DNA of 64,000 nucleotides from Stylophora pistillata (Eukaryota): NCBI RefSeq assembly GCF_002571385.2, contig NW_019217810.1, positions 35,052 to 99,051 of the forward strand, read 5' to 3'. Shown piece by piece: positions 47,774 to 60,500 of this stretch (position 1 is its first letter; each line of letters starts with the position of its first letter). The notes under the pieces were generated by a model. It saw only the letters and a program-made list of their open reading frames with translations, ran no database searches and was not told where the DNA came from. The position numbers and the translations under genes were made by a program.

Positions 47774-49806
47774 CAAGAAGGCAGTGCAAACCCGTAAAAT
47801 AATCACAGCGAAATCAGTCAAAATCAATTATGAAGAGCAGGACGTTCGCAGTTCGAATGTCAACTGACTAAACTTTAATTTTAGCACATTTACCCTTCAA
47901 ACTATCCTGCAAAAGCAAACATGTTAAAATGGTCGGGCCGACGTGAAAAAGAAGAGGCAGCAGTGAAGTGAAGCTGTGTGGCTATGAAATCGTAATTAAT
48001 CACCATTAAAACAAAGAAAGCATTCACAGTAGGCAACGAAGAATAAAAAAACAGTACTCCAAAGTTGTTCAAATGTAGAACGAATATGTGTAGCTGTGTC
48101 GAACATATTAAAAATGAAGGAAAATAGTCAACTTGACAGGCTTTCTGTTCAAAATTGATTGTTTGGTAAATAAGACAATGTTTCTTCCAATTCAACCCGT
48201 GGTAAAATTTGCATGCATCGGGCTTTTCCTTTACATTGTTCACAACAAAAGTGAGGATGATGGCCCCAATCATATAAGTAAACTTTTTAAAACGATTTTA
48301 AAATTTTGCCTCAATGTTAATGACATTAAATGCTCTTTTAATATCATTTGACTGTCTTCGGTGAGCATTGTGAGTGTCGTATTTGTTTTGGCTTTTACAT
48401 TTCAGTTTGCACAAAATGAGCATCGCTTACTTCGAAATCTAGAACGCAAATATGAATTTACTTCTTTTAGGTCACTTTGAATTTGAAATACGTGACTCGA
48501 ACCAGGAGTCACTTAAACGCCAACGAAATTATGAACAAACCGACAGACCTTTACTTTATTCGTATTGCACAATACATGCATACGCTCCCTCGGCCGTAAA
48601 TTCAGTAAAACCAATGCAAATTTCATTTCTCTTACGTCAGACCACGTCTCTTTAATTTTGATGTGACATGATATGATTAAGATGCCCACTAAACGCAAAC
48701 TAGATTGTCACCAAAAATAACAGGTGGACAGGTGGATGGAATTTTTTTTCCTTTTTGACTCGTAAACATCACCTTTTAGGCTGTGTTGTATCGGCAGCGG
48801 AAATTTTTTGACTCAATTTCCTTCTGAAACGTTAATGGCATATCTTACCATCTTAACGTTGCAGATTCAATACGGATAAACGCGCGCCTGCGTGGTCTTT
48901 CAGTTCCTTTGTCGATGGCTTTTCATGAATAAACATTTATGAATAATATATCTATTCAACAATTTTATAACAATCTTCGATTCAATCATTTTTTAGCTAA
49001 TCGCATGGTCTTTTTGATCAGTGTTCAGCTGCTGAGATTGGGTGGGTTATCAAATGAGCGGTATTTTGGTGGAGTCAACTGGTTGGTTGCCTGGCTTGCC
49101 TGCTAGCTCTGAACTTTTTGGCTGTTTTAATTTCCCTCTTCAATATTTGAACGCACGTGTAGTTGCGTAATTGGCTCTGTGATTCATTATATACGCTTGG
49201 TTTGTGGGAAATTCGGGGGGACTGTCGATTTGTCTATCTTTGCATATGCTGCCGGCTGGCTATCGTTTTCCTCTCTTTCTTACTTTTTCTTTCTTTTTTT
49301 TTTTTCCTTTTTTTTTATTTATTGGACTATACGCCTTAGCCTGGTTTTGTACCGCTGGCGAGAAAGGCGGGCGAAGTGCGCGAGGCGGCGAGGGTCTGGC
49401 ACCGAAAAATAAGGGAGAGAGTCTGTGAGAATCGTCCTATGGAGCCGGAGCCGGTGCATCATGAGAATAAGCTTTTCAAAACAAATCTTGCAAGCCCTCT
49501 TTCTGTACCCAAAGACATAGTAGTCGGTAGTTACAATTTAATTTGTTAAGCAATTTCCTTGTAATAGAGAGTACACGTTATGAAAACATCTTGAAATAAA
49601 ATGAAAAAAATTGTTGTTAGGCTTTTACGTGCCGTGTTTTATAGATGAAGCGCTGGCTCTAAGTTGTTATCTTTACCAATCAATATATTTAATTTTTATG
49701 ATCAAGGCAGTATATATTTTTCTTTGTTCCATACTGAGACCTCTTCCAACGATGATCCGGCCTCCTAGAGATGTAATGTCTTTCCAGTCGTAAACTGAGC
49801 AGCTCA

Positions 49807-50067
49807 TCAAATCTGTATTTCAGTGGTTTCAATTTCATCTCTCTTTCCCCTGGAAGTGCAGCCTAAAGTATTTAAGCACACTCCCAGAATGCAATAGTAA
49901 TCGTCCTCAGCACACGACAAAGGACAATCATCAATGAAGTGACAGTTCCTCGCTTGGTTCTCGCATGCTACCCGGCATGCCTGACGACTATGAGGGATTC
50001 TACTAGCAGATGAAAGGGTTATGATACCAAATAAAAAAACTGCCGATAAGATGAAAGATGGTCGCAT
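49807..50067 (-). CDS. Secreted 8-Cys peptide precursor with GKR amidation/cleavage site, 86 aa
   Basis: Signal peptide MRPSFILSAVFLFGIITLSSA, then C-X3-C-X6-C-X5-C-X3-C-X6-C-X4-C-X5-C, then TSR-GKR and an acidic tail. Acceptor ttttcttcag lies directly before the ATG; candidate donor AAG|GTAAGC at 51320/51319. Confidence 0.8.
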   Translation of the reverse strand: MRPSFILSAVFLFGIITLSSASRIPHSRQACRVACENQARNCHFIDDCPLSCAEDDYYCILGVCLNTLGCTSRGKRDEIETTEIQI

Positions 50068-53000
50068 CTGAAGAAAAAATAGTTATAAAAAAGAGAGTAT
50101 ATAAATTATTGTCTCAATAATTATACAATATTTTTGGCCTGCTCTAATCAGGCTCTCAGTTTGGAAATCGTTATCATTACTATTATTGTTGTTCTTGTTT
50201 TTCAGTATTATTATTTCATCATTGTATATTCGATTCATTCTTTTTTTTGGGGGGGGGGCGCTATTTCAATACTTTATTTTTCTATTATCACCATTTTTCT
50301 CCTTTAACGGTTAGATTCTTATATATCACGACTTAAATTTACCGTTACTATCGCCGATCGATACATAAACCTAAATGCTTTTCCTCACATGTACGTTAAT
50401 GATGATCATTCAAAAGTCATTGCAAACTTCCTCGATCTTTGAGATCTTTTCAAGTCTTTATCAAACGTTCTTGAATGTTCTCATAAACTTATCAGGCTCA
50501 TGGCTTCTTCTATTTCAGTTTCGGTTCAGAATGTGCAGAAAAAAAACTTATCTGGCTTAAAATGTTTATTTCTTGTTGAGCTTTCGACAACTCCTACTGT
50601 AAATTACTTATAAAAATTCTTCTAAATAAAGGAGCGCTATAAAAAAAAAAAAATAAAACGTGGGATAATAAAAAAGGAAAGAAAGATAAACCAATATCAT
50701 TAAATCAGATCTAGTGATAGTGTCGTACAAAAAGTTTTGATACCACGCCTGGTTAATCCAGTGTAATTTTCGTGACGATACTTTAATTCTGAAATCAAAT
50801 CAATTATCAAGAACTCATCTAAATATTCAATTTTATCACTTGGTACGCTGGAACCTTAAAGAAATCGCCATACCCAACCAGCTATTACCTCTAGTCTTCA
50901 AAAGGTGGTCGAAAAATAACGAAAATTTGTGAAACAGTCTTTCATGCTCAATATGACGAAAATGCTTACTGAATTCAAATCCTAGCTAAGCTCGGCTAAA
51001 TCAAATTAATTGTTGTAACACCAAAAACTGATTTCGATGGATTGAAGGCCATTCAAAAAGGGGTTTGGTCGTCGTTTATATGAAGCCAGAGACAAAATCT
51101 GGTCATTCTGTGTAAAGAGAAAACGGAACGGTAAAGACAAAAAGAAAAACTATTTACATAGGAGTCGATAAACTAATTTATAGCGTCAGAAAAACTTCGT
51201 GAAGCTTACAGTAATTAATAGTATTCGATTCAGCTTTCTTAACTTGAGTAGCCGTTTTCGGTTATAAATGCTTGATGCTACGATTTATTTTTTGTATGTT
51301 TAATCCTATTTGAGCTTACCTTTGTGAATAACAATTCAATACGTCCAAGATGAAGGAATGAATCACTCAGGTTTTTTCACCAACAAGCTTCTGGTCTCCC
51401 TCTTGCACTAGCGTTGAAAAGTATTACGGTTGTAAAACGCTCGCATTTAAAAATATAACTCTGCTTGCGATAAGAAAAATTTCAAGATAAGCCAGTTCAC
51501 TGATAGCTGCTCCACGTGGATCAGGGAATGAACGAAATGATTTCAGCGATAACGAAATGATTTCAATTTTTTTTCTCTCTCTCCAAGTTCATATTAATTA
51601 GTTTATCTTCAACCATTTGTGGATGACACACATGTCAAACTTTATTCTTTAATTATTTGAATTCTCAGTACTGTTTGAGGCGCAGAAATTTGCTACCTAC
51701 ACATCTGTTGTATATGACACACATGCTAAAATAGATTAATATATAGAAAAGGACGTAAAATTTGGCTCATATCTTTTTTTGGGTGGGTTCTTGCGTATAC
51801 TCGAAAAGAACTCAGACTGAAGCTTCAGTTAGACAGAATGGATTTGTACGAAAAGAAAAAAAAAACCAATACATTAAACAATGATTGTTTCCCAGGTTAT
51901 TCACTCATTGAAACTGTCAGTTTCAGCGACTTGTGATCAAAGCTTATGGGGAAATAATACATGTCTACAACACGTTTTAGATAGAATTTACTTTTAATAA
52001 ACCGGAATTTAATGAAGTTCGACCCGTATCGGGCGCTTAAAATAAAAAACTAATATAACTGAGGGAGAACTATGAAAAAATCAAAAAATAACGATGTACA
52101 TAAGGATTTCGAAACAACTTTACGCATAAAGATTTCATTTCAGTAAGATTGTTATGAACTGAAAAAGACTGAGTGTATTTGGTATTTAGGAGTTCGTCTT
52201 TCGCATGATGCCTCGTGTGTATTTATCTTCATTTGTTTTTGTACACTATTTAGGTTTTTTTTCATTATTATTGTGTGGAGTAAGGCTGAAAAGACAAGCA
52301 GAGTGGAAAACCTAGTTACGCATTTTTTTCGCAATGACGGTGTAAGTGGTGTTCTCAGTTAAGAAAAGTTTGATAACTGCTGGCTCGGTGAGAGGAGATA
52401 TTCTTAGATGGATCGTTGCAAGTGAAAATGTGTTATCCCTTCATTTCTGAAAGGAAGCTGACAGATGGCTTATCATCAAAAGCCAGGCAAGCAAATCGAT
52501 GAACTAATTGAGCCGAGCACAAAGAGATTTGGAAATGATAATCTAATGAATAAAGCTGCTTATAGTTTCTTAATGGATTTTTCGTGGATTTTCCTGCACA
52601 ATGTAGGACATAGTTCAAGAAATTTTAAATTTAAATTAAACCCTGAACTAAAGCGTGTACCTGATGGCTGATAAATGCACGCGCGTTTTTGTGTGTTAAT
52701 TGATTTTTATTACATGTATTCTGATGGAGATATTTCAACGCTTGATGCTACTGATCGGACAACCGTAGTCCGAATTTAACCATTTCAGAAGCGAGATTTA
52801 AACTTTGAGTGTTGGTAAAGCGCTTCACATCCAAAACTTACATATCGGAAATTGTCGTTTTTCAAATAACAAGTGATGAACACTTTTCTGCAGATTCTTG
52901 TATTTTAATTGTTATTTACAACATGTATTTAAGATGCGGGGGAGTCTTAAACAATGGTGCGATTTTTCTCTAAAAAATTCAGGCGATTTCTTCTTTTAAA

Positions 53001-54141
53001 AATATGGCGAAAAGAAAATGTTTTATCTTAAACAACCTCTTTGATTGCTTTGTGTCATACCTAAGTTGTGCCTACGAAAGCTCACGTTCGATAACGACCA
53101 TCGGACGATTTTTGCCGGAAATCGCCCACGATCAATCCTATGCGTTCATCAGCGATCCTTTCTAGAAAATAGCTGTTAAACTTATTTCTGGACGTGGAAA
53201 TAAAACATGGAAATCCCGATGCGGTGACTCGCCAGGAATTCTTTATATCTGTCCGACGACTGTAGCGTTCTCACAATTTCCCATCTTTCCAAACCTCATT
53301 TTTATTAAATAAAGAAACTGTTTTCCCTTTAGTTATGAACAAAAAACTGCTTTCCCTTTAGCTATGAACTCAAAGACCCAAAAATGTTGTGGATATAAGA
53401 GAACTTGGGGCACTCTCCTGGTGGAAATCGTGGAGACGATGGAGACGATGCAAGAAAATGACTATTCATCCTTGAACCTAATTCCACAGGGTATAGTCAT
53501 GTGATATTTTCAACTAATCACCCGTGTACTAAAAAAATTGAACTTTGAATCATTGAGTCTGTTACGTTGATAGTAGCTAGGAAAATTCAAAATTCTAGGT
53601 CTTAAAATCTGACAACAGACTGCCGAAAGAACGTACAAGCCTTTTTTTTTTTTTATCCCGTCGTGTGTCTTCGAGTGCTTTTGATCAGGAGTACATGGAA
53701 TTTGCACAATACTTGAAATTTTGATTTTTTAGTTTTAATTTACTATTGTTTCTTAACAATATTTAGGCGAAGTTGAGCCATTAAATCTCAAATCAATTAT
53801 TTTTCATTAATCTTCGGCTTGTTATCCATGGACAAATCACGAGTTTTGGCGATGGCTAGTTCAATGGATGTTTCATCTCTCGACACCGAGTTGGTACGGT
53901 TCAAGACAATTTTCAGGAATCCCTATCTCTCATCTCAGAGAAGCGATCTTCTATCATTTATGGAGGTAAATCTTCGTATAGCAATGTAATCTGCAAAATA
54001 CGTCAATGAATAAAAACACTCAACAGTCAAGTATTTTTTATGCGTGGTGTTTTGAAAATTACATGACGGCTATAAACGAGTCAAAAGTAGTTTTGCTGAA
54101 AATAGGGAGCATTAGTGAACTAAAAATAAAGGTATATATAA

Positions 54142-54233
54142 TGCCGAGACACGGGATTATTCAGAGCCTGTTAATGCTCTCCGGATTTGAACCAGGGACC
54201 TTCAGATCTTCAGTTTGACGCTCTCCCAACTGA
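54142..54233 (-). pseudogene. tRNA-Phe(GAA) pseudogene with a 30-bp insertion and missing 5' end
   Basis: Reverse strand tcagttgggagagcgtcaaactGAAgatctgaaggtccctggttc matches eukaryotic tRNA-Phe. The 3' end aatcccgtgtctcggca is displaced to 54142-54158. Confidence 0.85.
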
Positions 54234-56468
54234 CATCGACTTACAGATTTACAACTAAAGTGATGTTTCCTCCATCACTGACGACAATTAACCCGCATTC
54301 ATTGATATCAATTTTATGTATTGGTCATTTCTCTTTGTATATCAACCAATCGCGCTAGTGCTATCGATTGTATTATGTGTATGATTGTATCATAGTGTCC
54401 ACTGAGGTCCCCCACACGCAGAAAACCATATGCATGACTTCCTATTCTCTTCATCTCGCTTAGACTGATTTTGAGTGGTCCGTCTGATCTCCTCACTGGA
54501 ACGAAAACATATCAAATGACTGGCCTCTGCGTACGTTTTGAGTCATTAAACTTTAATGTTACTGGCATTTCATGTCATTACCTCAATGATAGACTTATCT
54601 CTTTTGTGTATCCCTATCATGATTTGGCTGTTACATACTAACAGAGATAAAAAAAAATGTTTCTTAGCTGACGCGAAACCACAACGCTTTGAATTTCATA
54701 ATAGAAACAAATTCCAAAGGGTTGTCGCTGTTTTTTTTTTAGCTGTTTTACGTTACGATATCAATCAACGACTCTTGATAAATTGGATAATTATAACGTG
54801 TCAAATGTTCACTTGGATGATTTTCGCTAATGAAAGATTGTACGAGTCACACGTCATTTACAGCATGCTAACAAAAACCGTGCGACGCTTGGATCTAGAT
54901 CTGCTGAGGAGGAACGCAGCGATTCCTGCTGAGGGCATTTAGACGGACGATAAATTGGATGATATATGATAAATTCGATAAGCTAGCATCGTCAACTATT
55001 TCCTTTACAGCACGGAAAAGTGACACGTCATTTACAGCATGCTAACAAACTTAAACTCTAAGGTGCGATCAATGCGGTTGAACTTCGCGTCAGAAAAAAA
55101 AAGTTGCTCGGACGTCATCAAGTTCCAAGAAGCTGTACAGGAAGAGCAAAAAAATTTAGAGTAAAACTGCATTTTTTAGCTAAAATAAAATCAATGCGAC
55201 ATCAGAGAAGCAAACATATGCACTAACAAGATCTCTCTTTTAAAAATAACAACACTTAAAAAAGAAACTTCTTTTACTTTGACCGCAACTGTGCGGATAA
55301 AAGTTATCAGTGCATGTTATAAATTGTATTAATTTGTTTTAATTTCTTTAAAATTACTTCAGTTTATCCCGAACGTATTCTAATGAGGAATTTTTTAATG
55401 AAATGACAAAATGAGTCGACAATGTTTTGTCTCTGAGAGGAAAAAAGTCCGTAAACAGTCTAAACATGAAAAACCAGAAAAGTTTTTTTTAAGAAGATGC
55501 AAATTTTTATTATACATCGAACTGCTTGAATGTCAAAATCTTTCAGAGTGATCAGGACTCGGGTAGATATCACTTAGACTGCGGAAAATACTTGTAATTG
55601 AATGACAACGACAGAGACACCAACATTAGGTCATGTTACAATGTACGTAAACTACACCGCACTACGTGCTGCTTAACATCAATGGTGTTTTTCATCGTTG
55701 ATACTGACACAACTGACACAGATTTCAGTCGCGTGTGCAAAGTCAGTGAGATTAAAAAAGAATCTTCTTGACACTAGATATATATTTAGCAGCAGCGCAC
55801 GAGAAGCACGCCCGCCAATCGACTTCCCTGTCATTGACGTAACGAGATCTAAATTTAGCAGAAAATTAAAACTATTCACTCCACTATAGGCGTAACAGAT
55901 ACGAATACTTTTTAGTTGTCTAAAAACTAATAAAAATAAAACAAATAATTCACAGCGTATTTAAAGTTTTCGGTTTATAAGTAAAAGAGAATAATAAACA
56001 ATCATCGAAAACCTATAGGACGTAGCAAAAACCGTGCGACGCTTAGATCTGCTGCGGAGAAACGCAACGATTCCTGCTGAGTGCATTTAGACGGACGAAC
56101 TCAGCGTTATCTTGCTGGTCACATCCCTTTCGCCGTGTTTGTGATCCCTACTGAGATACGATAAGCTAGCATCGTCAACTATTTCCTTTACATCTCGGAA
56201 AGGTGAGGCAGAAATTTAGCCCTACTTTTTTAGTAACACGGGACTCGAGCAGAAATTTGATCACATTCCGTCTGGTACGATGAATTAAGTGCGGGGTATT
56301 TTTCTGTGGCAAGGTACGTCTTGAGTAAAATATGTTCAATTAAGCAGTCATGCGTATTCGGGATAAACCGCTAAATTCCGTCACGCCCCTTATCCGATCA
56401 TGTACTCGGAACACACCCTCGTCAATAGAGGGGAAGTGGGAGTCCAAATTTTCGAAGAATTCCTACGG

Positions 56469-56573
56469 TATAAATTTGGAGTAAGTTAGAAGAGGGCCAC
56501 ATGTTTAAGCTTCAGAGCAGAGGATACTTCAAGAAGTAAAGAAAAATAGAAACTTAACTTGAGGACCTCAAAG
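56469..56573 (+). promoter_or_regulatory. TATA box and putative non-coding first exon of the 57273 peptide gene
   Basis: TATAAAT at 56469, donor AAG|GTAAGA at 56573/56574, acceptor at 57272. Confidence 0.55.
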
Positions 56574-57272
56574 GTAAGACCTCAGGGCTGCATGTCTCTG
56601 CTTCCTCTCTTCTTTTCCTCATCAAAGTACTGATAGAATAGAATACAATCAACTAAGGAAAAAAGATTAAGGATAGGATGTCTTCTTAGATCGATATCCG
56701 TTTCCACCTTTGAAGAACCTAAAGGAAAGAAGCAGATAGTACCGTGACTATTTTACTCTACCTTAAAACTTCTCAGTCAACTCCCCACGAATTAAGTATG
56801 GAGTCGCTGCAATTTACCGACGGTTTCAAAATGAAAATGCCACAACATAAAGTTTGTTTAGTTCATATACCAAGAATTCATCAAAAGACGGAGTTGAGAA
56901 ACAGTGGTACATAATGTGCGGACTATGGTCATCGTTTTCAAAGTATGTGTTTAGTGCAGACCCTGGGAAGTTTACAAGTGGGAATGCCGTCTACTTTGTG
57001 ACCATCCATAAAATATTCAGATTATGGGTCGGCCACGTGCAAGTTGTATATACTCTTGAGCTTTGAAAGTGGCAATGACAATTTTTTTCTTCTTTGCTTC
57101 ATATTTGAACTCTATTGACGAAATAAGACGCTCAATTTGATTTAATTTTCGTATTTCATTGTGACCTGAAACGTGACGAAACGCAGTCGTGAATTCGTTA
57201 TCCTTATACATGTAGAAGTAAAATAGCGGGAATTCTATGTGAATTTCAAGTTGTTTTTCCATTTCATTTCAG

Positions 57273-57506
57273 ATGACGTTACTAGTAAGAGCGATAACGA
57301 TCCTTAGCCTCGTCATGATGTTGCATTCCAGAAATGACGTCGACGCATTCGTCCTCGGCAATAGTGAGATATGTTTTGACAACTGTGAAAATAAGTTCTT
57401 GGACTGTTTGATCTTCTGTGACATGGACATCGCCGAATTGTGTGAGAGAAGATGCGAGGGAGTTTTGAACGACTGTGCTGCCAACTGTCCGACCTTCAAA
57501 AGATGA
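57273..57506 (+). CDS. Secreted 8-Cys peptide precursor, 77 aa
   Basis: Signal peptide ending VDA|, two copies of C-X3-C-X6-C-X3-C separated by 7 aa, terminal KR. Acceptor tttcatttcag lies directly before the ATG. Confidence 0.82.
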   Translation: MTLLVRAITILSLVMMLHSRNDVDAFVLGNSEICFDNCENKFLDCLIFCDMDIAELCERRCEGVLNDCAANCPTFKR

Positions 57507-60500
57507 AAAAACTTATTGCAATTAACCTTATAAAACAAATCACCAATACATTTGAAGATAAATATTTATTTTCGTGCAGAGGAGTTAACTAAGAGGGATA
57601 TTTGCTACATGTGAGAAACTTTGACGGCTAGATGTCAAATGTTAGCCGGCATACCTCAACGTCAGAGATAAATGATCTATCATCAGCCAATATGTTGGTG
57701 CTGTTTTCTGACTCACTAGTGGACCAATTAGGTTACGATACTCAAATAAAGACGATATTTGAAAAGATAACGTTTATTGTAATCTGCAGTATTCGATCCA
57801 GAGAAATTTAATTTGTCTGAAGGCCTCTTATATGATTCATACAGCTTGTTTTATCGCAAAACATAATAGAACTTAAGCCCCCACCCCTCCCCACCTGGGG
57901 GTCTGAGAGTGGTGTGCGATAAACACTCATGTATTTGTGCATTCATCCGCTGATACAGTTGCCTCCACGAGAGGAACAACGGACAAGGTAAAGATTAAAT
58001 CGTAAATTCTATCGGGACACAAAAGGCATCAAGATACGTCGGTACCTGAGCAAATGCAAAGCTACCCCTTCTATCTCCTCCTGGTAAACTAACAACAAGT
58101 TAGGGTTAATGTTTTGTTGGGGGGGGGGTGGGTGCGCAGTTGTTCAGACACTATACTGATCTCACAAAAACATCGTCATGATGTTATTAACTCTAATAAT
58201 ATTAACGTTAAAGGTGGTCTGGGCCTGGTTCTTCCGCATTCACGTCATTCAAGAGAGGATAAAGTTTCATTGTATTCAAAAGACTTATCTAGTTGACCTT
58301 TGATCTCCAAACCCCTCGTTTTACCAAAAGTCAACTGGTCCGAGAAAGAAGGATAAAAATCAGTAACAAAAACTCCTCTCAATCCAATGTGAGGTACGTA
58401 GTTGTTTATTCGCTAATTTTTACAAGAAATTTCAATAAATATCTTATTTTACACAATTGCAATTAAGTCATGGCTTATCCTCATTACGCTGATAACTTCA
58501 ACATCTATATATAGTTTAAGTCAATCGGATGCGATCGATTTTCGTGACTTTTATGTCTAACCTTTAACTTAATCATGATGCTCTTACTGATGTCTTACGT
58601 CATGAGGATTTGAACGTGGCTAGCGATAACGTTTTAAGACATCTTTACAGCCTTAACTCTCGAAGAATCCAATTTAAAGCGGGAAGTTGGCCGATCAAAC
58701 CAGTTCCCTTGTAAGAATCACGCGGTTAATATTATTATCCAGACCGTGAACCTATTTCGAAGTAAGTTTTTGCCTTCACTCTAAACTGAGTTTTTCTGGC
58801 ATTGAAGGCCAAATTTATATCACTTCAAATTGTCGTCGTTACTCCACAGGGGACCCACACAAGCGGCTTGTCTGGTCGTTTGTTCGAAATATAAAGAAAT
58901 GTATGGAGAGTCGTAATATCGTAAGCTTCAGTATCAAGGAATGTCTATGTTAAGGCTCAAAATAAATATAAACCTACCTCACTTGCTGTGTATTGTTGTT
59001 TCTGTGGTTCCAAATGGCGAATTTGAGCGACTTGGTAGATTTTGCGTTGACTGTTACTCTACTGTATAAGAGAGACTGTTGACTGTTACTCTCAGGCTAC
59101 TGTGTGCCACTTGTGTTGGCCCCCTGTGGTTACTCAATATCCCCTTTGTCATGTGGAAGTCTTTCCCAAATATGAGGGGAATTCAACCATAAACTGTGAC
59201 GTCCGTTTCCTCTAATAAGGTTATCTGGCACGCCTCGATTGTTGCCTGAAATATTATAAGCATCTCCGACCTTCTTGCGTACTTTGCGATAAATGCCTGC
59301 AAGATGTAACAAATTCTCGTCTTTGAAGACCTTGCCAGTGAAGTAATAACTGCTACAAGGATATTCGTGTTAACAATGTTCAAAAGTTCTATAGTTCGGT
59401 GAAGGATTTGATGTTTGATAGATATGCAGCAAATCTTTAACTTACAACACAATTACGTCGATCTCAAGGTTTCCAGACACTTGAATATTTGGAGTGCATG
59501 TGAAATAAATTGCCACACGTTGAATTAGCAGTGTTCACGTGTACTGACATCATCCGTTTATACAGAAAATACCGGATTATAAAATTAAATAATTTCTTAA
59601 CACATATTAGCATTTTACGGAGATTTTTAGATGTGTAGGTTAATTCGGCAAACAACACCAATATGCATAGTTTTCCACCAACTTCCAAGGTTTCAAAAAT
59701 TAAAAACAAAACTATTGCGTCTGCACCACAATCAAACTGTTTTGAAGGACTCAATTCGATCGGTGCAATACGTTCAAAGTTTCTAAACGCAGTCATTAGC
59801 TCTTTATTAAGTTATAAAGGTTAATACTTCACGTCATTGAAAAAGTGTGCGATAGCTGATCCCGCCGATCGACTAAAAGGAAAAAAGGTAAAGAGAAACT
59901 TGGAAGTTCTAAATAGCAACAAAGTTAGGTTAATCTTCATAATGCTTGCCAAAACCGGCTTCTTGAATATTTAGAATGCACGTGAAAGTGCTACTTTAAA
60001 TTAACAATATTCTCTTGCGGTGAAATCATCTGCTATATTCGAAATGGTAGGATGATTGATTTCATTGATTTCTAGACATATTTTGAATTCTAGCGGTTTG
60101 TCATGGGATATTTTTCAAATTTGTTGGTTAACTATACAAAATACGCAGACGTGCGAAGTTTTCAATCAAGTTGCACTATCCCGAGTACAGTGTAGACCAC
60201 AATTGAACCAGTTTGTAGTCATATATTCGAAAGTTATGTTAAATTCAAAGTTAACAAGTTCGATAACGTCAGCTGTATGGTAAATATATTATAAAATTTG
60301 ACATAAAACTGAAAATTGATACATGTAAAAAATAAGACTTAAAAACAAAGATTAAAATGGCAACTAAAAGTACATTGACATGGAGGCCTCACGACAAGAG
60401 AAATTTACTCCAGCCCACTGCTCATTTATCCAGGAAGCTTTTTGTGATAAAATGTACGCAATAAACAATGAAAAACATTCCTGTGGGCCAGAGTTAAGTA

